This document shows, in pieces, positions 37,408 to 56,775 of a stretch of DNA of 64,000 bases. This stretch comes from Leucoraja ocellata (Eukaryota): contig JAWMAR010000421.1 of NCBI GenBank assembly GCA_036785375.1, positions 620,001 to 684,000 of the forward strand. The letters are read 5' to 3'. Within the stretch, counting starts at the first letter, position 1; each line of letters opens with the position of its first letter. Both the position numbers and the translations under genes were made by a program. Under the pieces are notes generated by a model. It saw nothing but the letters and a program-made list of their open reading frames with translations, searched no databases and was not told the origin of the DNA.

Positions 37408-40369
37408 TCACTTGGTGTAACCTTTCACCATCTGCAGTTCATCCACGGGTTTCCATTTCTGACTGACGGTCATGAACTGCCAGGAGAAAAAAACGGCAAG
37501 GCTTTAATCGTTCCGCGAAACAGGCGTCGTGGCACAGATGTACATAAACAATTGTACCGTCATCGGCAGCGAAACTGCACTGATCCAGTGTGAGAGCCAG
37601 TGGCCATTGGACCGGTCTCTGGACTGAGATGGAAGTCGGATGTTTGAAGGAGCGGGTGGGGGATTGAGGTCCCGCCTGTGTGATTCAAGTCTTCTATCAC
37701 AGGCTCAGGTCGTTCTCTGAACACTAGTGGTGGGTATTCGGCCAGTCAGAACGAACCCCTCCCCCCCCCCCCCCCCCCCCCACACACACACACAACAAAA
37801 TGCTCCCATTGTGTATGTGTCCTTTACCCCAACTTAACCGCCGACACGTTCCAGGTCATTCTGGTTAACAAACTGTTACACAGGCATTAGGCCGGGGGCC
37901 GGAGGACACATTTCCGACCAGTTGACTTTATTTCCTGAGACAGTGGAATGAAACAGGCTGGGCCACCACTGACTTCGAACGCCACATTTGGGTCCGTGAC
38001 CCACATTTGGAGCATTGCCCTATCCTCCTCTGGAACCCGGTGGACACAGTTCTGATGCAGGATCCCAACCCGAAACGCCGACCATGTATCTGTCTCCACA
38101 GATGCTGCCCGACCCGCTGAGTATTTCCAGCAGTTTTACTCTGCTCCAGTTTCCAGCATATGTATCTCGAGAAATTCCCCACGTAACTAGCGCGTCCACA
38201 GGAGCAACCCAAACCCAACACTAAATGCTGTTGGTGCTGCATTTCCTCGGCGCCTCCCCCCTCCCACAGTGCGCGGCTCCCTCACACCTGGGTCTGAAGC
38301 TCTCATCTCCCGCGAGGTTCCCTCCAAACCCCATCAGGCCTCCGAGAGCATTTGTCCGCCCACCCTCCCATATAGTGCTCATTCCACCCTCCCATCAATC
38401 CCACCCCCAAGGATTGGTCTCTTGCACAAAACCATCGGAGCCACCAGCTTCTCCCCCTCACCCACATTTGGGGAATTCACAGCCGATTAACCCACACCGT
38501 CGTTGGAGGAAAGCGAGCTCCTGGAGAGGAGGGGGTAACGCGGTGACACGGGAACATGCAAACTCCACGCAGACAGCATCGGAGGGCGGGATCGAACCCA
38601 TGCCACCAGCGCTGGGAAACAGCGGCCCTCCCGCGGCGCCATCACTGACGCACCGGCACAGCCCCGCCCCCCTGTTGTCCAGTGAACTCCCTTTTCTCTC
38701 GCCAACATCCTTTTCCATCCGCCATCGCCTCTCTTGCCGGTAAAAGCGAACTTCATCACCTCCTCGAGTCTCGCTCCACCCCCCTCCGCCCGTCCTCGCC
38801 ACTCCTTCGTTACTCCCTCTAATCTCCCTCCTCCCATCCCCGCCCCCCTCTCCCTCCTTTCCGCATCCTCCCATCCTCGTTCCTCCCTCTAATCCTCGCT
38901 CCCCCTCTCCATGCCCGTTCCACCCACCCTCCAACCCCGCTCCTCCCTCATCCCCTTAATCTGCCATATCCCTCCTTTGCCCCACCACCTCAATACTCCT
39001 TCCCCCCTCTCCCTTCTCCATCTCTTCCATCACCCCCCCCCCCCCCGCTCTCCAGCCGCGGCCCCACCCGTCTGGTCACCAGGATACTCTTACATCAAGA
39101 TGTTGCCCAACATCGCGACCAGCCCGCTCCGGGAATCAGTGACTCAGCCGCTTTCCCATCAAATGTTATAAAGTCAGAGCTATGAGGTTACCTTCTGAGG
39201 TTTGTTCGGGTCTATGTTCTCCCATGGGGTAGGATTGTGCGTCTTATCGATTCTAAATAGAGAGAAATAAACTTCAGAAATGTTTTATCATCCAAAAAGC
39301 ACCCGATCGCACGGCTGGTGTACAATGCGGCTTCACTCATTTGTACAGTAACCTGGACCACTCGCCGCACACAAACACTCCCACTTGTATACATACACCC
39401 ACTCGCCCACAAATACACACTCTACGGACAGACAGGCAGACCCAGACACACTGTTTTAATGCTGAATGATGTTCTACCTAGAGCTTTTTAGTGTACTACA
39501 TCCAGATCCTGATTCCCCCCCTCCCCAAACACACACGTCTAGACAAACACACACAGACCGGAAACCCCCAACGCGCACCCCAACATACAGACACATCCTT
39601 GAACACATACTACACAGTGATGCTTGTTGCACTTCAACATCTGCAACAGGTCCCCGACCCCTGTCCCCTGTCTCCCGGCCGGGACCGGATACTTACATGA
39701 CATCGCTCTTGGTGACGAGGAAGTAAATGCCGGCGCTGGTACAGAACGAGGCGGCGGTGGCCATCAGGCCGATCAGGGGGATGAGCTGCGGGACAGACGG
39801 CATCGGTCACCATGGGCTCCGAATGCGGCATCGGAGCCCGATTGAAAAGCAACGGGTCTAACAGAAGCGGTTACTCGGCTGCTGCAAACACCCGGGGAAA
39901 GTCAACAACAGCGGACCGAGCGAAGCTCATCGCGCCGGGCAGCGGGTGAAGAGGGAGGACTGCGGTCAAGAAACGGACTAAACTGTCGGGAAGAAGAGGG
40001 GGAGACAGGCCGAGCGGCAACAGTGGTTCGGGAACAGACCGGGGGGTGATAGAGATGGAGCGGTCGGTGGCATAAGGGAGACGGGCCGATAGAACATAAT
40101 GGGGGGGATGCTGTCGATGGGCCGATCGGTCCGGTGGGTCACGGAGACGGGCTGGGCGTGATAGAAACATAGAAAACAGGTGCAGGAGTAGGTACCCGTT
40201 CCTGCTTTCTCCCCGGAGCCCTTGATTCTGTTAGTGCCAAGAGCTAAATCTAACTCTTTCTGATGGAGGGGACGGGCCGAGTGGTCAGGGAGGATAGGGC
40301 GATCGGAAGGGGTGGGTGGGGTTGGTTCACCTCCTTCCTCCGGCGGAGCATCGTGAAAAAGTTCGACAT
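37408..40369 (-). CDS. C15orf48: C15orf48/NMES1/COXFA4L3 (NDUFA4-family cytochrome c oxidase subunit), copy A, 85 aa
   Basis: Exons 40369-40331 (MSNFFTMLRRRKE), 39785-39697 (LIPLIGLMATAASFCTSAGIYFLVTKSDV), 39252-39192 (IIDKTHNPTPWENIDPNKPQK) and 37476-37408 (FMTVSQKWKPVDELQMVKGYTK*). All GT-AG, 258 nt. NDUFA4-family ELIPL and NPxPWE motifs; AATAAA (minus) at 37186-37191; expected syntenic position. Confidence 0.93.
38490..38650 (-). mobile_element. tRNA-derived V-SINE-like element (also at ~54790-54950)
   Basis: Minus strand has a B-box-like gggttcgatcc followed by the V-domain core gcgtggagtttgcatgttcccgtgtcaccgcgt. Confidence 0.65.
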
Positions 40370-40439
40370 CTTCGCAGCGCTTGTCCCGATTGATACCGGA
40401 AAATGAGAAACGAGCGTCGTAGCCTAGTTTTGAAACACC

Positions 40440-40625
40440 GGTCACAAACGGCCCCGCCCACCCGCCACACGCCCCGCCCACTCCTCTGCTCGCCCCGCCC
40501 ACTCCTCTGCTCGCCCCGCACACTCCCATAATAGCCCCGCCCACTCCACCTGTTCAGCAGCGACGAGACTCCGGTCACGTCCACAGCAGAGACGGAGGGT
40601 GGAACTACTGGGGCGGGGCAAGGCC
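40440..40625 (-). promoter_or_regulatory. C15orf48 copy A proximal promoter with tandem Sp/KLF GC boxes
   Basis: About five GCCCCGCCCA-type boxes, partly as 21-bp repeats (gccccgcccactcctctgctc), 80-250 bp upstream of the ATG within a CpG island. Confidence 0.7.
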
Positions 40626-43102
40626 GCGAGGGCTAAGGTGCAGGTGGAGGAAGTCATAGTCATATTTCCACAGCTGTGTTAGTTTTCCAGCATTTGGCCC
40701 CTGGCCCAGGAACTTATCACACAGATCCCCTCTACATCAATACTTTATTTTAAACAAATATTATCTATAGCTACTATGGGAAATATAGGTTATTGCAGAA
40801 TACCATATCTATATTCATCATAATTTCATACACTTTTAATATGTCCCCTCTTAAGCCACTCCACTTTAGGGAAAACAGACCCAGCTTCAAATTAAGGGAA
40901 GTGGTAATGGAAAAGGTGTACGGGAGAGGAGGGGCGAAGGAAAGGTTACGGGGTACGAGAAGCTGGGGAGTATTGGAATGAGAAGATGGGGAGTATTGGA
41001 ATGAGATGCTAAGAGGGAGGGATATGCAGGGAGGAATATGTGAACTTTGTGGGATGTAGAGAAGGGGTGTACATAATGGTAGGGGACAAAGTTGCAGGAA
41101 GGGAAGGGATTGTGGAGGAGACATGGAATGGAGATGGAAAGAGGGGAAGTGGTGTGGTGGAAAAGAGGTGGGAAGGAATTGTGGGGAGAGGAAGGGTGTG
41201 TGCAGGGGGTATGGAGAGGGGAGGGTGCTTTGGTGAGCTGAAACCCAAGCCATGATTGTGAGGATCACAGTAATGGGTTTTGGTTGTCTAACATGGCAAA
41301 GTCAATCCCATCCCTTCAGGGTCTGATTCATGTTAAATTCTGTGTTGTATTGTGTTCTTTTTACCTATATGGCTGTATGGCAACTCAAATCTCACTGTAC
41401 CAATTGGTGCATGTGGCAATAAATGTAACCGGAACTAGATTGCAGTTATTGCTCAGATATAGGTGCACCATCAGAATCATTCTTGTAATTTGCCCGAGCC
41501 CTCCATCATCATCCTTGAGGTGTCCCATGTCCCATGGCGGCAGATCAGTGTGATATAGGTGCAAGGGCCTCAACATTGCCTCCGGGTCCCCGGTCTCATG
41601 ACATCATGAGAAACATAACAAAGGAAACCTTCTAGTTACCACCCACCATTCATCATTCCCTCTCAATTGCTTAATGAGGGCTCCTCCATGTTGAACAACA
41701 AGATTTAGCTCTTAGGGCGAAGTGAATGAAGAGATATGGGAGGAACAGGGTACTGATTTTGGATGATTAGCCATGATCATATTGAATGGTGATGCTGGCA
41801 CAAAGGGCCGAATGGCCTACTCCTGCATCTACTTTCTATGTTTCTAAAGCAGTACTGAAACTAGCAAAAGTACAGAATGTTGAACCTCTAGGGACTGTCC
41901 ACCCCCAGCAGGATTTTGTAGCACCATCCCAGACTAAACTGGCAGAAGCATGAAGGACGGAGTAGTCAGAATGAGTCGATAGCAGATGGTGATGATCCAA
42001 CCTAGCTTTGTCCAATCCTGTCTATCTGTAGTAAATACATCTGTCCATGCCCACACTGACAGCTTCAACTGACAGACAGGGAGATTTCACAAATTTTACA
42101 ATATTTATTTTACTAACTCCAGAAGGGCAATGAAAGTGGTTGGAGTGTTGGATTTAGGTTGAGTGTCCTGCAAGGATTCTGGTGCCAGTTTGAACCATTG
42201 CTAGCATTATGTACAAGACCAGTGTCCTGGACGTTTAAGGAACAGCAATGGAGACATCTCAGGACTTGTATTTTGGAAGATTTGCAGAGCAATACAAGTG
42301 GGTCCTACCAGAGCTCTCTACATTTAGATATCAGAATATTTTTGTGTTACCTTTCACCTCCACCCTCAATGACCTCCATCGGTTACCTTCCCTCGGTACA
42401 TCAACTGAATTTACTAAATTTCACCTCTTTTTCTGCTTCTTTGTCCAGTTTGGGTTGAATTTGTTCCGTTAAACGTTCCTGCCTTCCTCTTTCTGGTAGC
42501 CGAGGGTACAGCCCAGCTGCTCTTTCCCTCATTCTTATCAGAGACTCCATCTCTCTCTACACCTTCCTCAAAGTCACAAGCAACTTGCATTTATCATCCA
42601 TCCCAAATCTTTTTCAAGCTTACTTTTCCAGCACATTGCTCTGCAGATTACATCTCATGTACCATTGTGGCATCCACACTAAGGTAAACATAAACTCTAT
42701 TTTGCAGAGCATGCTAATGCAATGCTTCAAGGTCTTCTTTTGTATACTTCACCCTCCATCCATCATGCCTCACACGTGCCCAGTAGAACAGCCGTGGAAA
42801 AGCCCAAGATTCTGAGACTCTCAATGTAGACCTCTTCGTTCGAAACTCACCATTCTTTCTCACTTAAATTGTTACAACAAATTCCATCACAATTACAACT
42901 GCATTCTTTAGATATTTAATATTTTTTTACAATTCTATTTTCTACTTTATAAAGTCACACTTACAGATTGAAGTATAAAAAATACTTCTACATTTATTCA
43001 AAATAAAACACAATAAATCTTTAAGCAGTTGTGATTCATTTGTCCATGGCTGAACCAGTGATTTGGCAAAAGGTCAAAGGTTACATACTCTGGAATCAAT
43101 GG

Positions 43103-51474
<8,372 letters not shown>

Positions 51475-51799
51475 CTGGAGGAAGGAACAGAAGTGGGTGA
51501 CCGAGTCTGATGCTGAGTGCAAAAATGTAATCGTAAAACAACCGGCAAGACGGGATGCGACTGAACCAAGAAATGAGGAAGTCAGTGGATGCACTGCTGC
51601 AACCAGGGAAGGGGGCACGTTTACTGCTCAAACAGGTTGAATGGATGGAGCAAGGTGGCTGGGGCAAGACCCAGTTCTGATATATAGAAACCCAATTCTC
51701 CCCTCATTGTGTCACTAGTGAAAGTGGAAACACAGAAAACATGGTTGCGTGAAGAGCAGGACTGGCAGCAATTGTTCCAGGGTGGTGGTTTCGTAGGTG

Positions 51800-52315
51800 T
51801 TGGTGCTGGGAGCTTTGCTGTTTGTGATGTATATAAACAATTTGAATGGAAATGAAAACAGACCGATTAGCAAGTTTACTGATGACACAAAAACTATGGG
51901 AGTTTGAAAAAAGATTCACGAGGAAATAAAGCTGTTGGTGATGTGGGTGAAGAAATGGTAGATGGAGCCTAATACGTAGATGCAAGGTGTTGCACTTTGA
52001 AAGGTAAAATGCAAGGAGAAAGTATATAATAAATAACAGGGCCCTTAGCAGTATTGAGGGGATACAAATCCATAGCTCCCTGCAGATGACAACACAAGCA
52101 GACAAGGTAGTAAAGAAGGTGGAAGCATGCTTGTGTTGGGACATGGAGTATAATAGCCACAAAGTCAAGTTGCAGCTGCTTAAAACTTTGTTTCGACACA
52201 TTTGGAGTATCATGTACAGTTCTGGTCACCACATTACAGAATGGATATGGAAGCCTTGGAGGACACAGAAGAGGTTCACGAGGATGTTGCCTGGATTAGA
52301 ACGTATTAGCAGTTA
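51800..52315 (+). mobile_element. Degenerate CR1 LINE fragment
   Basis: attagcaagtttactgatgacacaaaa (ISKFTDDTK) and ORF 52086-52316 (QKRFTRMLPGLERIS). Confidence 0.78.
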
Positions 52316-52594
52316 GGAAATCATATGACAATAAAATACCGACTCATGAGAAACTATCATTGTGTCAAACTATCACATTCGCATCAATCATATGCTGGGA
52401 ACTTTTCACAACTATTCAGTCGTAGGGGCAATGAGTTATATTGCGAAATATAGCCGTATTATTTTAGATGGGCAAACATCTCGGGCTGGACACACTGGGC
52501 CAAAGGGCCCGTTTAGGTGCTGTACTAAATAAACAGCATACCAAGTTTCACAGAACATTACTGGTTTAATATTTCTGACTGGAGAAATTGTTTA

Positions 52595-52690
52595 CACAGC
52601 CCCTCCCTCAGCACAGCCCCTCCCACATCACAGTCCCTCCCACATCACAGCCCCTCCCACAGCACAGCCCCTCCATCAGCACCGCTCCCT
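52595..52690. repeat. 17-bp minisatellite at the duplication junction
   Basis: About six units of cacagcccctccc(a/t)ca(g/t); about three units at the equivalent site 36351-36400. Confidence 0.85.
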
Positions 52691-53704
52691 GGCATTTCAC
52701 TGCTTGCAAGGCGTCTATTCGCTGTGAAAATGTGGGATTCGTGCAAACGTGAGAAAATAAGACAAACACGATCGAGCCTTGTACATACACACAGACAGGA
52801 ACGGTTGTACATGGGGTATAATATAGGGGACACCATGTATTGATACGCGGCAGGTGTTGAGATCTTCTGAAGTTGGACCTACTATAGAAATCTAGATGAA
52901 TGATTGATCTGTGCATCTGTTAGGGGCTGGAATAAGCATAAATACTGACAGAGGGGTGTGGACAGCACTGGCCTGTCCCACCCTGCAACGTCCCCATAAC
53001 GCAACACCATGACCCTCTCCCCCCCCCCCCCCCCACACACACACACACACACGTGTGGCTCCCTCAACTCTTTAGCAATAATAAAAGTGCCGGAGAAAAA
53101 GTGAACGTCGCCTATCCATTCCCTCCACAGATGCTGCCTGACCCGCTGTGTTCCTCCATAACTTTGTGTTTTGCACATGATTCCAGCATCTGCAGTTCCT
53201 TGTGTCTCCCTCAGATCTTAGTCTGAAACGCATGTCGCCCACGAGGTTCCCTCCAAGCCTCGGGAAATAAGTGTCGGTAACATTGAGCACCCCGGCCCTC
53301 ACGTTGTATACTTTCTTACAGTATAGAAGGAGACGAATCGGCCAATTGAGCTCGGGCCAACTCTCCGATCAATCCCACCCCAACTCCCCAGGACTGGCCT
53401 CTCTCACGTCCACAGTGCTGGGGTGAAGACAAGGGAGACAGATAATTCAATAGAATGTTATTCAATAGAATAAAAATCTTCGTTTATTTTTTAATTTACA
53501 CAATTTGTTAAATAGAATGTAATGAGTTAGATATATTTGATGCTTCCACACGATGGCCTGAGGGTTACAATGAGAGAGAGAAAGTTGTCATTTCCTGATG
53601 AATTTTGAAATCTGTAGCGAGAGCAGTTGCAGAGTTCAGGGATGATTGGACAGAATGACTCAGCATTTGTCTGCTCACCTACGCGCTCAGGATTCGCACA
53701 CTCC

Positions 53705-56503
53705 TCACTTGGTGTAACCTTTCACCATCTGCAGTTCATCCACGGGTTTCCATTTCTGACTGACGGTCATGAACTGCCAGGAGAAAAAACGGCAAGGCTT
53801 TAATCGTTCCGCGAAACAGGCGTCGTGGCACAGATGTACATAAACAATTGTACTGTCATCGGCAGCGAAACTGCACTGATCCAGTGTGAGAGCCAGTGGC
53901 CATTGGACCGGTCTCTGGACTGAGATGGAAGTCGGATGTTTGAAGGAGCGGGTGGGGGATTGAGGTCCCGCCTGTGTGATTCAAGTCTTCTATCACAGGC
54001 TCAGGTCGTTCTCTGAACACTAGTGGTGGGTATATGGAACGAACTGCCAGTCAGAACGACCCCCCCCCCCCCCCACCACACACACACAACAAAATGCTCC
54101 CATTGTGTATGTGTCCTTTACCCCAACTTCACCGCCGCCACGTTCCAAGTCATTTTGGTTAACAAACTGTTCCACAGGCATTAGGCCGGGGGCCAGAGGA
54201 CACATTTCCGACCAGTTGACTTTATTTCCTGAGAGAGTGGAATGAAACAGGCTGGGCCACCACTGACTTCGAACGCCACATTTGGATCCGTGACCCACAT
54301 TTGGAGCATTGCCCTATCCTCCTCTGGAACCCGGTGGACACAGTTCTGATGCAGGATCCCAACCCGAAACGCCGACCATGTATCTGTCTCCACAGATGCT
54401 GCCCGACGCGCTGAGTATTTCCAGCAGTTTTACTCTGCTCCAGTTTCCAGCATATGTATCTCGAGAAATTCCCCACGTAACTAGCGCGTCCACAGGAGCA
54501 ACCCAAACCCAACACTAAATGCTGTTGGTGCTGCATTTCCTCGGCGCCTCCCCCCTCCCCCAGTGCGCGGCTCCCTCACACCTGGGTCTGAAGCTCTCAT
54601 CTCCCGCGAGGTTCCCTCCAAACCCCATCAGGCCTCCGAGAGCATTTGTCCGCCCACCCTCCCATATAGTGCTCATTCCACCCTCCCATCAATCCCACCC
54701 CTAAGGACTGGTCTCTTGCACAAAACCATCGGAGCCACCAGCTTCTCCCCCTCACCCACATTTGGGGAATTCACAGCCGATTAACCCACACCGTCGTTGG
54801 AGGAAAGCGAGCTCCTGGAGAGGAGGGGGTGACGCGGTGACACGGGAACATGCAAACCCCACGCAGACAGCATCGGAGGGCGGGATCGAACCCACGCCAC
54901 CAGCGCTGGGAAACAGCGGCCCTCCCGCGGCGCCATCACTGACGCACCGGCACAGCCCCGCCCCCCTGTTGTCCAGCGAACTCCCTTTTCTCTCGCCAAC
55001 ATCCTTTTCCATCGGCCATCGCCGCTCTTGCCGGTAAAAGCAAACTTCATCACCTCCTCGAGTCTCGCTCCACCCCCCTCCGCCCGTCCTCGCCACCCCT
55101 TCCAGTTACTCCCTCTAATCTCCCTCCTCCCATCCCCGCCCCCCTCTCCCTCCTTTCCTCATCCTCCCATCCTCGTTCCTCCCTCTAATCCTCGCTCCCC
55201 CTCTCCATGCCCGTTCCACCCACCCTCCAACCCCGCTCCTCCCTCATCCCCTTAATCTGCCATATCCCTCCTTTGCCCCACCACCTCAATACTCCTTCCC
55301 CCCTCTCCCTTCTCCATCTCTTCCATCGCCCCCCCCCCCCCCCCCCCCGCTCTCCAGCCGCGGCCCCACCCGTCTGGTCACCAGGATACTCTTACATCAA
55401 GATGTTGCCCAACATCGCGACCAGCCCGCTCCGGGAATCAGTGACTCAGCCGCTTTCCCATCAAATGTTATAAAGTCAGAGCTATGAGGTTACCTTCTGA
55501 GGTTTGTTCGGGTCTATGTTCTCCCATGGGGTAGGATTGTGCGTCTTATCGATTCTAAATAGAGAGAAATGAACTTCAGAAATGTTTTATCACCCAAAAA
55601 GTATCCGATCGCACGGCTGGTGTACTACATCCAGATCCTGATCCCCCCCCCCCCCCCCCCCCCAAACACACACGTCTAGACAAACACACACAGACCGGAA
55701 ACCCCCACCGCGCACCCCAACATACAGACACATCCTTGAACACATACACAGTGATGCTTGTTGCACTTCAACATCTGCAACAGGTCCCCGGCCCCTGTCC
55801 CCTGTCTCCCGGCCGGGAACGGATACTTACATGACATCGCTCTTGGTGACGAGGAAGTAAATGCCGGCGCTGGTACAGAACGAGGCGGCGGTGGCCATCA
55901 GGCCGATCAGGGGGATGAGCTGCGGGACAGACGGCATCGGTCACCATGGGCTCCGAATGCGGCATCGGAGCCCGATTGAAAAGCAACGGGTCTAACAGAA
56001 GCGGCTGCTCGGCTGCTGCAAACACCCGGGGAAAGTCAACAACAGCGGACGGGGCGAAGCTCAGCGCGCCGGGCAGCGGGTGTAGAGGGAGGACTGCGGT
56101 CAAGAAACGGACTGAACTGTCGGGAAGAAGAGGGGGAGACAGGCCGAGCGGCAACAGTGGTTCGGGAACAGACCGGGGGGTGATAGAGATGGAGCGGTCG
56201 GTGGCATAAGGGAGACGGGCCGATAGGCCATAATGGGGGGGATGCTGTCGATGGGCCGATCGGTCCGGTGGCTCACGGAGACGGGCTGGGCGTGATAGAA
56301 ACATAGAAAACAGGTGCAGGAGTAGGTACCCGTTCCTGCTTTCTCCCCGTAGCCCTTGATTCTGTTGGTGCCAAGAGCTAAATCTAACTCTTTCTGATGG
56401 AGGGGACGGGCCGAGTGGTCAGGGAGGATAGGGCGATCGGAGGGGGTGGGTGGGGTTGGTTCACCTCCTTCCTCCGGCGGAGCATCGTGAAAAAGTTCGA
56501 CAT
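53705..56503 (-). CDS. C15orf48: C15orf48/NMES1/COXFA4L3, copy B, 85 aa (same protein as copy A)
   Basis: Exons 56503-56465, 55919-55831, 55554-55494 and 53773-53705. Splice sites intact; AATAAA (minus) at 53483-53488. Confidence 0.93.
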
Positions 56504-56574
56504 CTTCGCAGCGCTTGTCCCGATTGATACCGGAAAATGAGAAACGAGCGTCGTAGCCTAGTTTTGAAACATCG

Positions 56575-56775
56575 GTCACAAACGGCCCCGCCCACCCGCC
56601 ACATGCCCCGCCCACCCCCTGCTAGCCCGGCCCACCCTCTTCTCGCCCCGCCCACTCCTCTGCTCGCCCCGCCCACTCCCATAATAGCCCCGCCCACTCC
56701 ACCTGTTCAGCAGCGACGAGACTCCGGTCACGTCCACAGCAGAGACAGAGGGTGGAACGACTGGGGCGGGGCAAG
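56575..56775 (-). promoter_or_regulatory. C15orf48 copy B proximal promoter GC-box array
   Basis: Same GC-box repeat array as copy A, but with altered and extra units (gccccgcccaccccctgcta, gcccggcccaccctcttctc). Confidence 0.7.

Noticed and set aside
38570-38640. tRNA gene
   Set aside because: The B-box-like motif is attached to a V-SINE core and no cloverleaf is evident.
38225-39171. Pro-rich and Gly-rich ORFs on both strands
   Set aside because: Low-complexity C-rich intron plus SINE; not coding.
51475-52590. AFG2B exon 1 upstream of exon 2 in copy A
   Set aside because: No D1 Walker A/B or RPGRFDRE-type coding sequence and no CpG island; mostly a CR1 fragment.
52595-52690. Short repeat arrays as CRISPR
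   Set aside because: Contiguous tandem units without unique spacers, no cas genes, vertebrate context.
55768-56615. Long minus-strand ORFs (178 and 171 aa; also 39978-40544)
   Set aside because: They overlap C15orf48 intron 1 and promoter in the wrong frames, include a CR1 tail, and the 178-aa frame is broken by stops in the other copy.
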